A stretch of DNA of 64,000 nucleotides from Deltaproteobacteria bacterium (GCA_040218735.1 JAVJQW010000027.1:27134-91133); one strand, 5' to 3'. Shown: positions 1 to 11,997, counted from the first letter of the stretch. A program made the numbers and translations. Notes: generated from the sequence alone by a model not told the origin.

Positions 1-840
1 AACGGCGATGAGGTCGCCGCCGCGGTGCGGGGGAGCGCCGGTGAGCATGTGATGGAGCAGGCCGCCGAGGAGGTACACGTCGGTGCGTGGTCCGACGTAA
101 CCCGCGGTCGCGTCGATCATCTCCGGTGCGAGGTACGCGGGTGTCCCGACGAGCGCCATGGGGCGCCCGGCTTCGCGGTCGTCGCGGAGGTCGTCGATGC
201 GCACCGCGATGCCCCAGTCCAGGAGGTAGACCTCGCCGAAGTCACCGACCATGACGTTCTCGGGTTTGATGTCGCGGTGGAGGTAGCCGTGCCGGTGCGC
301 GAAGTGCACCGCGTTGGCGACCTGCATGAGCACTTGCAGGCACCAGTCGAGGCGCGCGCCGCGGACCATCGCCCAGCGCGCGTGGTCGGGGTCGTCGAGC
401 ATCGACGACAGCGGGGTGCCGTCGATGCGTTTCATCATCAGCAGCGGCCGGCCGTCGACGTCGCGGCCGAGGAGGTGCACCGGCGGGATGTTCGGGTGTT
501 CCAGCGCGCCGATGATGCGGGCTTCGCGGAGGAGGCCGGCGCGTGCGCCGGGGGAGTGGAGCTCGTGCAGGCGTTTGACGGCGACTTCGCGACCGAGCGC
601 GACTTGCCACGCGCTGCGGACGACGCCCATGCCGCCGCGCCCTAGCTCCCGTCCGAGGATCAGCTCGGTGGTCCTGAGGTCCGCGTCGCGTTCGCCGACG
701 CGGACCGCGGTGAGCGGCTCGTCCTCCGGGAACATCGGCGTCGGTGCGGGACGGATGGAGAGGAGCGGGTCGGCGGACTGGTGGGTGTCGAGGAGGCCGA
801 CGTCGTCGAGGGCGGTGCGGATCGTCTCCTCGTAGGACAC
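1..840 (-). CDS. Ser/Thr protein kinase, N-terminal part; runs off the left edge
   Basis: My minus-strand translation gives VHFAHRHGYLHRDIKPENVMVGDFGEVYLLDWGIA, plus LGRGGMGVV, AKS and GTPAYLAPE. Absent from the ORF track because it has no stop in the window. Start approximate (GTG/TTG at 840-849). Confidence 0.9.
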   Translation of the reverse strand, partial: MSYEETIRTALDDVGLLDTHQSADPLLSIRPAPTPMFPEDEPLTAVRVGERDADLRTTELILGRELGRGGMGVVRSAWQVALGREVAVKRLHELHSPGARAGLLREARIIGALEHPNIPPVHLLGRDVDGRPLLMMKRIDGTPLSSMLDDPDHARWAMVRGARLDWCLQVLMQVANAVHFAHRHGYLHRDIKPENVMVGDFGEVYLLDWGIAVRIDDLRDDREAGRPMALVGTPAYLAPEMIDATAGYVGPRTDVYLLGGLLHHMLTGAPPHRGGDLIAV

Positions 841-854
841 CGCCACCAAGGCTA

Positions 855-1226
855 TCACTGGCCGTTTTCGCGCCGCCAGCAGGTGAACTGGGCGTTGGAC
901 GTGGAGCCCATTGCCGCGCAGAACGTGGCGTAGTCGAAGCCGGGGAGGGCGAGCAGCCGATCGAGCAGGGCGTCCTTCACGGCGCCGCCGGGCAGCGCGC
1001 AGCCGGAGGCCGGGCGGCCGTCCTCGTCGAAGGCGCCGACCAGGAGCCAGAAGACGTCCTCGGCGAAGGGGCCCTCGTCGGTGGTCATTACGGTGACCTC
1101 CGACAGCTCGTCCCAGCGGACGTACTCGAACGAGCCGTCGGCGCGGGACACCGAGACGCCGAGGTCGTCGTGGTCGAGGCGCGGTCCGGGGTTGGGGGTG
1201 AACAGGCGTTTGATCGTCTCGAACAT
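855..1226 (-). CDS. hypothetical protein (123 aa)
   Basis: Protein-like composition, ATG start, divergent from TetR, upstream of and co-oriented with the kinase. Confidence 0.7.
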   Translation of the reverse strand: MFETIKRLFTPNPGPRLDHDDLGVSVSRADGSFEYVRWDELSEVTVMTTDEGPFAEDVFWLLVGAFDEDGRPASGCALPGGAVKDALLDRLLALPGFDYATFCAAMGSTSNAQFTCWRRENGQ

Positions 1227-1272
1227 GAATACATCGTTGCCTTGATAAATTGGGTATCCAACCAGTAAACCG

Positions 1273-1854
1273 ATGGCGATGGCTCGCCCCTCGAATCGAT
1301 TCGAACGTCGCGCCGAGCTCGTTCGGGCACTCGAACAGGTCCTCGCGGAGCACGGCCTCGGTGGCGCTACCGTCGCGCGCGTCGCGGACGTGATGGGCTG
1401 CGCGCCCGGGCTGGTGCACCACCACTTCTCGGGTCGCGAGGAGCTGATGCGAGAGCTCGCGCGTTCGCTCGTCGAACGCTTCCGTCATCAGCTCCCGAAC
1501 GAAAAGGACCCGGCGGCCTTCTTGGAGGCCTACGTCGACGCTGCCGTCGCGCTCCGGCCGTCGCGCGGTCGAACGGCGGCGCGCGCGTGGGTCGGCCTGT
1601 TCGCGGAGGCGGTGTGCACCGCGTCCGTACGCAGGGTCGTGCAACGTGCCTTGCAGACGGAGGTGCAGCGCCTGGAGTCACGCTTCGCCGCGCTGGGGGA
1701 CGACCCGCAGCGCGCGAAGGAGAACGCGGCGGGGCTCGTGTCCGGAGTCGTGGGGTGCCTGGTGTTCGGCGCGATCGTCCCGAACACCGCGGTGGGGTTC
1801 GCGGCGCCTTACCTGCGCCGGGTCATCGCACGGCGATCGTCGCCGTCGTCGTGA
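1273..1854 (+). CDS. TetR/AcrR family transcriptional regulator
   Basis: N-terminal HTH: GLGGATVARVADVMGCAPGLVHHHFSGREEL. Confidence 0.9.
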   Translation: MAMARPSNRFERRAELVRALEQVLAEHGLGGATVARVADVMGCAPGLVHHHFSGREELMRELARSLVERFRHQLPNEKDPAAFLEAYVDAAVALRPSRGRTAARAWVGLFAEAVCTASVRRVVQRALQTEVQRLESRFAALGDDPQRAKENAAGLVSGVVGCLVFGAIVPNTAVGFAAPYLRRVIARRSSPSS

Positions 1855-3061
1855 GGAAGTGCTGGCCCGCGACGTACTTCCCTTCGAGGTCGTGGTACGC
1901 GAGGTTCTTCTCGTTGATCCGGAAGCGGCTCGCCTTCAGCGTCACGTAGATCGGCCCGGCCTTCGGCGCGGTGAAACGGAGGATTCCTTCGCGCGCTTCC
2001 TTCGGCTTCAGGCGGTTGTCGCTGAGTTTCTTCACCTCGGGTGACCACTGGTAGACCGACCCGATCTCGAACTGATCGCGAATGAGCGGCCCGCCGTCCG
2101 TGCGCGCTTCGAGCTCGATGCGAATGAAACGCTCCGGATCTCCCGACGGGAGCATGTGCCCCGTGTTGGCGTTGGCGTAGCGATACGTGATGCCGAGCGG
2201 CTGCGTCGGCTGGACCTCGTCGGGCGCGTTCACCCACGTGGCCTCCAGGCCCGGCGGGTAGTGCGCGCGCAGCTTCGCGAGCTCGTCCGTGAAGCGCGGG
2301 TGTTTGGGGATCAGCGAGCCCCCGAACCAGTGGCGTCGCGTCTTGCGTGGCTTTCCGTTCGTGGCGATCGGGCGCGTCACCTCGGGCATGTGGCACGACT
2401 GACACGTCTTGCCCGCCTCGTCGTAGTCGGACGCGGCGTACTCCTGCCCGGTGTCGAACACACACGCGAGCGCGATGTGCCGCCACTCGGCCTTCGCCTG
2501 GTGGCACTGCGTGCACACGTCGACCTTCAGCAGGGACGGGTCCTTCTTCACCGGGTGCGGCGCGATGGTGTCGCCGTACGGGCCGAGGATCTGCCCGTCC
2601 TTCACGTGGCAGGTTCCGCAGGTGATCGCGTCCTTTTGGAGCGCCTCCGAGAAGCGCGGGTTGTCGACGAAGATCGGCTTTTCGACCGCGCCGTCCTCGA
2701 GCTTCGCCACGAGACGCGGGAGCTGATTCACCATCGGCGTGTGGCAGTTGACGCACATCCAGCCGACGCCCTGTCCGTTGGACTTCTCGAGCTCGGCCAT
2801 GAACTGCGCGTCGTCCGTCCACGCGCGGGCGTGGGTGGAGATCTTCCACTCCTCGTAGATCTCGACGTGACACTTCCCGCAGGTCGCCGCCTCCAGATCC
2901 GGGAGCCCCTCCGGGACCTCGGAGTAGGCGACGGGCTGCAGGAAGCGCGGCTGCGCTGCGTAGAAGGCGACGGCGTCGTCGTAACCGAGCGAGCGCGCCT
3001 TGGACGTGGTCTTCGTACAACCCGCCGCGCCGACGACGACCAGCAGGAGGAGCGGTCTCAT
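1823..3061 (-). CDS. pentaheme cytochrome c lipoprotein (c554-like family)
   Basis: Five CxxCH motifs (CGKCH, CVNCH, CGTCH, CTQCH, CQSCH). Lipoprotein signal MRPLLLLVVVGAAGC. ATG overlaps the upstream TGA (ATGA, 3058-3061). Confidence 0.9.
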   Translation of the reverse strand: MRPLLLLVVVGAAGCTKTTSKARSLGYDDAVAFYAAQPRFLQPVAYSEVPEGLPDLEAATCGKCHVEIYEEWKISTHARAWTDDAQFMAELEKSNGQGVGWMCVNCHTPMVNQLPRLVAKLEDGAVEKPIFVDNPRFSEALQKDAITCGTCHVKDGQILGPYGDTIAPHPVKKDPSLLKVDVCTQCHQAKAEWRHIALACVFDTGQEYAASDYDEAGKTCQSCHMPEVTRPIATNGKPRKTRRHWFGGSLIPKHPRFTDELAKLRAHYPPGLEATWVNAPDEVQPTQPLGITYRYANANTGHMLPSGDPERFIRIELEARTDGGPLIRDQFEIGSVYQWSPEVKKLSDNRLKPKEAREGILRFTAPKAGPIYVTLKASRFRINEKNLAYHDLEGKYVAGQHFLTTTATIAVR

Positions 3062-4032
3062 ACGACGATCCGGTACGCCCGGTGGATCTTCTTGTTGCGG
3101 TAGTCGGAGGGGATCGTCTCCTTGGTGATCTCCTCGATCGACTTCACCTTCAGGTAGTCGAACCGCGGCTCGAACCGCTGGTGGTTCGTCGAGAAGTACA
3201 CCACGCCCTTCTTGCGCATCACGCCGACGGTCGCCGCGAGGAGATCCGGGTGGTCCCGCTTGATGTCGAAGCGGTTGCGCCCGCGACCACCGCGCGTGGA
3301 GTAGGAAGGCGGGTCGACCACCGCGAGGTCGTAGCGCTGCGGCGACGCCTTCGCTTCGTCGAGCCACTCGAGGACGTCGTGTTTCACCAGCTCGTGTTTG
3401 CGTGAGTAGAGCCCGTTGAGCTGCAAGTTGTCTTTCGCCCAGTGCAGGTAGGGGCCGGAGAGGTCGACCGTCGTCGTGCGCTTCGCGCCGCCGAGCGCCG
3501 CGTAGCAGGTGAAGCTACCGGTGTACCCGAACAGGTTGAGGAACGACTTGTTCTTCGCTTCGTTCGCGATGAGCGCGCGGGTCTCGCGGTGATCGGCGAA
3601 CAGGCCGGTGTCGACGTAGTCGTCGAGGTTCACGAGGAACTTCAGGTCACGCTCGCGGACCTCGATGCGCTTGCGCGAGCGCCCCTTGTCGTCGTAGCGG
3701 CGCCCCTTCTTCGGCTGCGTGCGGCGCGTCTTGAGGTGGATGCGTCCGGGCGCGATGCCGAGGGTGTCGGCGACGGCGCGGCCCATGCGTCCGATCCAGT
3801 CCGGCACCTTGTCCGTCTGGTCGCGCGCGTACTCCGCGACGACGAGGTGGCCTTCGTACCAGTCGATCGCGGCGCGCACCTCCGGGATGTCCCAGTCGTA
3901 CAGGCGGAAGACGCCGATGTTCTCCTGCTCGAACTTCTTCTGGAGTTTCCTCAGGTTCTTCTTCACCCGGTTCGCGAGGATCTCCGCGTGCCGGTCGACG
4001 TCTGCCTCGGTGAGTCCTGCGGGGCCTGCCAC
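3058..4032 (-). CDS. RlmK/RlmI-type rRNA SAM-dependent methyltransferase (stand-alone C-terminal half of RlmKL)
   Basis: FRLYDWDIPE, VNLDDYVDTGLFADHR, FLNLFGYTGSF, VVDPPSYS and FSTN motifs. Confidence 0.85.
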   Translation of the reverse strand: MAGPAGLTEADVDRHAEILANRVKKNLRKLQKKFEQENIGVFRLYDWDIPEVRAAIDWYEGHLVVAEYARDQTDKVPDWIGRMGRAVADTLGIAPGRIHLKTRRTQPKKGRRYDDKGRSRKRIEVRERDLKFLVNLDDYVDTGLFADHRETRALIANEAKNKSFLNLFGYTGSFTCYAALGGAKRTTTVDLSGPYLHWAKDNLQLNGLYSRKHELVKHDVLEWLDEAKASPQRYDLAVVDPPSYSTRGGRGRNRFDIKRDHPDLLAATVGVMRKKGVVYFSTNHQRFEPRFDYLKVKSIEEITKETIPSDYRNKKIHRAYRIVV

Positions 4033-4083
4033 TTCGCCGACAACGAGCCACGCCGCGCCCGGCCGGTCAACTTCGCTCGTACT

Positions 4084-4314
4084 TCACACGCCGTAGATCG
4101 TCGCGCAGATCGAAAACGCCCAGAACAGATACGCGGCGGAGACGCCGCACAGGCCCGCGGGTTCCACGAAGCGGTCGTAGATCCGGAGCCACTTCGACTC
4201 CGAGCGCTGCATCGCGCGGTGGGCGCGGACGCGGATGTGCTCGCGTCGCCAGTCGTCGACGTCCTCCTCGGGGAGGTCGGCGAGTCGTTCGAGGATCGGG
4301 TCGGAGTCGTTCAT
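4084..4314 (-). CDS. small membrane protein, putative anti-sigma factor
   Basis: Coupled (ATGA) downstream of the ECF sigma; C-terminal hydrophobic helix. Confidence 0.65.
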   Translation of the reverse strand: MNDSDPILERLADLPEEDVDDWRREHIRVRAHRAMQRSESKWLRIYDRFVEPAGLCGVSAAYLFWAFSICATIYGV

Positions 4315-4871
4315 GACGTCCCTCGTGGCTCGAGGCGTTGGGCGAGCATCTCGCGCGCGCGGCGGAGACGCTGGCGGAGCGCTTCGGGCTTGATGTTGAC
4401 GATGTCGGCTGCGGCGCAGGGCGACAAGCCCTCCACGGCGACGAGGAGGATCACCTCGCGGTACTTCACCGGGAGGGCGGCGATCCCGCGTTCGAGCGCC
4501 TCGTGGGTCTGCCGTGCCGAGGAGCGTTGGAACGGCGTCACGGGTGCGGGCGGAGGGGCGCGGCGGAGCGTCCCGAGGCGATCGAGGTCGAGGAGCACCC
4601 AGCGGCGGTGGCTGACGAAGAGGTTACGCGCCACGGTGAAGAGCCAGGCCTGCAGGCGGGTGTCCTCGGCGAGCCCGGCGGACTTGGTGGCGAGGCGGAG
4701 GAAGGTCTCCTGGAGCAGGTCCTCGGCGAGCGCGCGCTGCTGGGTGAGGCGGAGGAGGAAGCCGAACACGCGGGGGCGGTAGAGGTCGTACGCCTCGTCG
4801 AACGCGGACGTCTCGCCGGCGCGCAGGCGGGCGACGAGCGTGGCGCCGTGTTCCGTGACCATCGCTCCCAT
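4311..4871 (-). CDS. ECF RNA polymerase sigma factor
   Basis: AEDLLQETFLR and WLFTVARNL (region 2); LPVKYREVILLVAVEGLS...RQRLRRAR (region 4). Confidence 0.9.
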   Translation of the reverse strand: MGAMVTEHGATLVARLRAGETSAFDEAYDLYRPRVFGFLLRLTQQRALAEDLLQETFLRLATKSAGLAEDTRLQAWLFTVARNLFVSHRRWVLLDLDRLGTLRRAPPPAPVTPFQRSSARQTHEALERGIAALPVKYREVILLVAVEGLSPCAAADIVNIKPEALRQRLRRAREMLAQRLEPRGTS

Positions 4872-4888
4872 CGCGTTACAACCGGGTG

Positions 4889-4948
4889 AACGCCCCGCCG
4901 GGAGGAGCGTGACAAATTTTCTTGTCACGCGCAGGCGCCCCGAGCGTT
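4889..4948. promoter_or_regulatory. two back-to-back ECF-type promoters, each TGTCAC-N16-CGTT
   Basis: Minus strand: TGTCAC at 4914-4909 and CGTT at 4892-4889. Plus strand: TGTCAC at 4923-4928 and CGTT at 4945-4948. Both have a 16-nt spacer. Confidence 0.75.
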
Positions 4949-4972
4949 GGGTGGGTCGGAGGTTCGACAGAC

Positions 4973-5335
4973 ATGCTTCAGTTCATGCGCGCGGGTGGGT
5001 TCGGAATCTGGATCGTCCTGCTCTTCGGGATCATCATGCTCTTTTCATCGGCGCGGTTTGCGCTGAAGCCGGACGACGGGCGCGTGGGCTTCCTCCGGGG
5101 GATGTCGGCGGCGACGGTGTTCTCGATCTTCACCGCGGTCAGCTCGAACTTCGCGATGGTGATGTGGCGGGTGCCGAACGTCGACGAGCTGGGCAAGAGC
5201 CCCGAGGTCCACCTGATCGTCATGATGGGCGTCGCGGAATCCCTGACGCCGGCGATCCTGGGCTCGGCGTTCCTGACGCTCGCTTGGCTCATGATTGCGG
5301 TCGGACACCGCCGAAACGCCCCGTCCTTCGCCTGA
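4973..5335 (+). CDS. small 3-TM membrane protein, MotA/TolQ/ExbB-channel-like
   Basis: MLQFMRAGGFGIW start, three hydrophobic segments, GVAESLTPAILG motif, GGAGG RBS. Confidence 0.75.
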   Translation: MLQFMRAGGFGIWIVLLFGIIMLFSSARFALKPDDGRVGFLRGMSAATVFSIFTAVSSNFAMVMWRVPNVDELGKSPEVHLIVMMGVAESLTPAILGSAFLTLAWLMIAVGHRRNAPSFA

Positions 5336-5349
5336 CGCGGGGAGTTCAC

Positions 5350-5376
5350 ACAACAAGGTAGGACACCGGCCGATAA
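5350..5376 (+). promoter_or_regulatory. sigma28 (FliA/WhiG)-like promoter
   Basis: Exact GCCGATAA -10 at 5369-5376, with ACAA 15 nt upstream; 11 nt before the ATG at 5388. Confidence 0.55.
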
Positions 5377-5387
5377 TGTGGGCCGTC

Positions 5388-5987
5388 ATGGTCCGTTTCG
5401 ATCCCCAGGCCACGTTCCAGCGCGTCTTCGGACCGCGCGACGCCCAGTCCACCGCCCAGTCGGCATCGACCCGGCCGTCCCAGGGCGCCGACGGCTTCGA
5501 CAAGACGAGCTCGGGTCCCAAGACCGTGTGGGGCCAGATCTGGAGCTTCCTCGGCAACGTCGTCCAGCGTGGCCGGATGCTGCTGTCGAGCTTCGCGAGC
5601 CTGTTCGCGGCCGACCGCGGCAGCCAGATGCCGAAGGAGAACCCGTCGGTCGCCGCCGCCCAGATCGGCGCCGTCCGCGGCCGGGTGGTCTCCAAGGGCG
5701 CGACGCTCGCCGGGCACGTGATGGACGCGCAGGCCAAGTACGCCGACGCGAAGCGCGTCGCGACGACCTCGATCGCCTACGCCTCACACGCCGGCGTCCC
5801 GAAGCCGATCGTCGCGCTCGCGGAAGCCGACGTCGCGTCGCTCGACGGGCGCGCGGATCAGATCTTCGAGAACATCGGTAACCGGCACCGCAGCAGCCAG
5901 AGCCGCCGCAACCAGCGCGCGAAGCTCGACGACGTCATCGGGGAGCTGCACGCGATCGCTCAGCGCATGGACGCCGCCGGCGCGTAG
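5388..5987 (+). CDS. hypothetical helical protein with Ser/Thr/Gln-rich N-terminus
   Basis: Protein-like ORF with GC3 bias and no recognisable domain. Confidence 0.7.
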   Translation: MVRFDPQATFQRVFGPRDAQSTAQSASTRPSQGADGFDKTSSGPKTVWGQIWSFLGNVVQRGRMLLSSFASLFAADRGSQMPKENPSVAAAQIGAVRGRVVSKGATLAGHVMDAQAKYADAKRVATTSIAYASHAGVPKPIVALAEADVASLDGRADQIFENIGNRHRSSQSRRNQRAKLDDVIGELHAIAQRMDAAGA

Positions 5988-5999
5988 CGCGGCGAACCG

Positions 6000-7025
6000 T
6001 TAGAGCCCCGCGTCGCGCCAGCGAAGCATTCCGCCGGCCATCGAGGCGACGTGGGCGAAGCCGGCCTCCTCCATCGTGCGCGCGGCTTTTCCGGAGCGAC
6101 CGCCCGATCTGCAGATCGTGATGATGGGCGCCTGACGATCCCACGCGCCGAGGTGATCACTCAGCTCGGGGAGCGGTACGAGCTCGGTGCGCGCGATGTG
6201 GCCGAGCTCGCCTTCGTACTCGTCCTTGGTGCGGACGTCGATCAGGCGCACCCCATCCGGGACGTCGGCGATCGCGCGGATGGAGACCTCAGGGACCTCG
6301 TCGGCGGTTCGGGCGACCGACGCCCAGTCGTCGTTCGTCATCCCGCACAGGAGGTTGCGCGGGACGGCGACGTCGATGCGCTTGGGATGCGCGAGGTTCA
6401 GGTTGTTCATGATGTCCACGAACTCGTCCTGGTCGTTCTCCATCTTGAGTCGCGGGTTGTGCTGTTTCTCTTCGGCGACCGTCGTCACCGTGCGGCCCTT
6501 GTAGTCGTGGCCGGGGTGCAGCTGCGCGTCGTCCGCGAGTGTGAAGATCTTCCCGCGCACGGACTCGAAGAGTGTGTTCGCGCAGCCCTGCTGGAAGTCG
6601 GTGCGACCGCAGCCGCGGATGAGGAGCGTGTCGCCGGTGAAGGCGTGTTTCAGATCGTCGGTGATGTACGTGACGCAGCCGTCGGTGTGGCCCGGTGTCG
6701 CGCGGACGATGAGGCGGTGCGCGCCGAAGGTGATTTCGTCGCCGTCGTCGACCTCCACGTCAGCGTTCTTCGTGCCGCCCGCGCGGGACACGACGTACTT
6801 ACTGTCGCGACGCACGCGAAGGACGCCGCCGCCCGTGACGTGGTCGGCGTGAACGTGGGTCTCGAGCGTATACTTCAACGTGAGACCGAGCTCGTCGAGG
6901 ATGGCCTCGTCGCGAGCGACCTGCTCCAACACGGGATCGATCAACACGGCTTCGCGCGTGTTTTCGTCGGCGAGCAGGTACGTGTAGGTAGAGGTCTCTT
7001 TGTCGAAGAGTTGACGGAACAACAT
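6000..7025 (-). CDS. persulfide dioxygenase (ETHE1-like MBL fold) fused to rhodanese
   Basis: FRQLFDKETSTYTYLL, ETHVHADHVTG, GCGRTDFQQG, PGHDYKG; C-terminal rhodanese with LIDVR and ICRSGGRS. Confidence 0.93.
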   Translation of the reverse strand: MLFRQLFDKETSTYTYLLADENTREAVLIDPVLEQVARDEAILDELGLTLKYTLETHVHADHVTGGGVLRVRRDSKYVVSRAGGTKNADVEVDDGDEITFGAHRLIVRATPGHTDGCVTYITDDLKHAFTGDTLLIRGCGRTDFQQGCANTLFESVRGKIFTLADDAQLHPGHDYKGRTVTTVAEEKQHNPRLKMENDQDEFVDIMNNLNLAHPKRIDVAVPRNLLCGMTNDDWASVARTADEVPEVSIRAIADVPDGVRLIDVRTKDEYEGELGHIARTELVPLPELSDHLGAWDRQAPIITICRSGGRSGKAARTMEEAGFAHVASMAGGMLRWRDAGL

Positions 7026-7038
7026 CACCCTCGACAAG

Positions 7039-7054
7039 AGCAACCGCCGGGCCA
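7039..7054 (-). promoter_or_regulatory. sigma54 -24/-12 promoter of the persulfide dioxygenase gene
   Basis: TGGCCCGGCGGTTGCT on the minus strand; GG-N10-GC with TTGC. Confidence 0.8.
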
Positions 7055-7123
7055 GGTGCCGCGCTTGTGTTGTGCTGGGCTTTCCTGGCCATCCGTATTA
7101 TTCGGTTTCAGCGGATCCGAAAC

Positions 7124-8086
7124 ATGCCGAAACGTCCCGACTGCCGACCGACGAACTTCCACGGGCTCCTCACCTGCGCGCCCGAGATGGAGGCGTTCTT
7201 CGCGTTGCTGCAGCGCGTCGCACGGAGTCAGGCGTCGGTCCTCGTACGCGGTGAGACGGGCACGGGCAAAGAGCTCGTCGCGCGCACGATTCACACCCTC
7301 AGCCGCCGCTCGGGCGGCCCGTTCCTCGCGGTGAACTGCGCGACGTTCACCCCCGAGCTGCTCGCGTCCGAGCTCTTCGGTCACGTGCGTGGCGCGTTCA
7401 CCGGCGCGGTGCAGAACCGCCAGGGCCTCTTCGCGCTCGCCGACGGCGGGACGCTCTTCCTCGACGAGGTCGCGGAGATGCCGCTCGATCTGCAAGCGCG
7501 TTTGCTGCGTGTGCTCGAAGAAAAGGCGTTCGTCCCCGTCGGCGGGTCGGAGCGCCACGACGTCGACGTACGTATCCTCGCCGCGACGCACAAGTCACTG
7601 CGCCGCGAGGTGCACGGCGGACGCTTCCGCGAGGACCTCATGTTCCGCATCCGCGTGGTGCCGCTGTTCGTCCCGCGCCTCACGGACCGCACCGGCGACA
7701 TCGAAGCGTTGATGTGGCACTTCGTCGAAGAGCTCAACGATCGCGAGGACCGTCAGGTCGATACGGTCTCACCCGCGGCGATGACCGCGCTCCTCGGGCA
7801 CGAGTGGCCGGGCAACGTGCGTGAGCTCCGCAACGTGATCGAGTACGCGTTCATCGTCGGCGACGGCCGCACGATCGAGCTCGAAGACCTCACCCCCGAG
7901 CTCCGCGGAGAGGCGCCGCCGGGCGCCGAAGACGAGGACGCATTGGACCTCAAGGAGATCGAGCGTCGGTCGATCCTCGAGGCCTTGAACAAGACGGGCG
8001 GTCGCAAGGCGGAGGCCGCGGAGCTGCTGCAGATGAGCCGCACGACGCTCTGGCGGAAGCTCAAAGAGCACCGCCTGATCGAGTGA
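7124..8086 (+). CDS. sigma54-dependent activator (AAA+ and Fis HTH) with a very short Cys-containing N-terminus
   Basis: GETGTGKE, ELFGHVRGAFTGA, LFLDEVAEM, WPGNVRELRN, AAELLQMSRTTLWRKL. Confidence 0.93.
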   Translation: MPKRPDCRPTNFHGLLTCAPEMEAFFALLQRVARSQASVLVRGETGTGKELVARTIHTLSRRSGGPFLAVNCATFTPELLASELFGHVRGAFTGAVQNRQGLFALADGGTLFLDEVAEMPLDLQARLLRVLEEKAFVPVGGSERHDVDVRILAATHKSLRREVHGGRFREDLMFRIRVVPLFVPRLTDRTGDIEALMWHFVEELNDREDRQVDTVSPAAMTALLGHEWPGNVRELRNVIEYAFIVGDGRTIELEDLTPELRGEAPPGAEDEDALDLKEIERRSILEALNKTGGRKAEAAELLQMSRTTLWRKLKEHRLIE

Positions 8087-8091
8087 CTGCC

Positions 8092-8283
8092 ATGAGACGT
8101 GCTGCTGTCCTGTTACTGCTGTTGTGCGGCTGCCCTGACCTCGAGCCGTCGAAGGTCTCGGCGACGTGCACGAAGGCGTTCGACAAGTGCAAGCTCGCGA
8201 ACGGGCCGCTCGGGGTGTGTCAGGAGATCGAGTGCAAGGCCGGCGAGAAGAAGCCGTGCCTGAAGTGTGTCTCTCAGCACTGA
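8092..8283 (+). CDS. small Cys-rich lipoprotein
   Basis: Signal MRRAAVLLLLLCGC followed by six further Cys in about 50 aa. Confidence 0.7.
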   Translation: MRRAAVLLLLLCGCPDLEPSKVSATCTKAFDKCKLANGPLGVCQEIECKAGEKKPCLKCVSQH

Positions 8284-9121
8284 GCGTGCTGCATCGCGGC
8301 CAACGTCCGCTCGGTGCGCGCGAGGCGACCGAGCCACGGCGCGGCGTACACGTCGGGCACGCCGCTCAGGTGTTCGCGGAGCTCGTCGACTTCCGCACCG
8401 AGCGCCGTCAGCAGCGCCGGGAGTGCGTCGCGATCCGCGGCGGAGTGCATCAAGTTCTCCAGCATCAACGCGCGCTCGCCGAACCCATGTGACGACGACA
8501 CCCCGCGCGCGAAGCGCGTGACGTCGAAGCGCGAGATCCACAACCCGCACGCCGCGGGGCGGCACAGGTGGCCTGCGATGTCGCGCAGGCTCGTCTTTCG
8601 GTCTTCGAGATCGATCGAAACCTCCGCGACCGGCGCGCCGCCGCGGTGTGGGCCGAGCGTCGCGCGGTGCTCGAGCAACACGCCGAGCAACGTCGACGCC
8701 GCAATGTCGTACGGCGCGAAACCGCGGAGCGCGTGTGCGAACAGCGGAACCCAACCGAGGAGGTGCACGTCCAGCATCACGCGCTGCGCCGACGCTGCGC
8801 CCGCGCACGTCGACGCGAGCGCACGGAGCTGCACCGCGAGGTGATCCGGCGCCGGCCCCGTCACGTCGTACGCGAACCCGAGGCGTGCGTACGTGTCGAC
8901 GACCCGCTGCGAGACCTCGCCGCCGACCACACCCTCCGGATCCACGAACACACTCTCGTGCGGCGGCACGGCGAGCCCGAGCGCCTCGTAGTGCGCGCCG
9001 GGCTCGTGTTTCACGGCGACGCCGAGGAGCGCCGACATGCGCGCCTCGTCGTCGGCCGGGACGCCGTGCTCGAACAGATCCGCGAGCACCGAATAGGCGA
9101 CCGCATAGGTAGATGACGTCG

Positions 9122-9125
<4 letters not shown>
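8274..9125 (-). CDS. TorD/DmsD-family molybdoenzyme maturation chaperone
   Basis: VPPHESVF, PDHLAVQL, HLLGWVP motifs; ATGA-coupled to the molybdoenzyme gene. Confidence 0.85.
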
Positions 9126-11986
<2,861 letters not shown>

Positions 11987-11997
11987 TCTCGTGACTC

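Noticed and set aside
1240-1272. TetR operator TTGGGTATCCAA
   Set aside because: A short imperfect palindrome in an AT-rich divergent gap; plausible but too weak to call.
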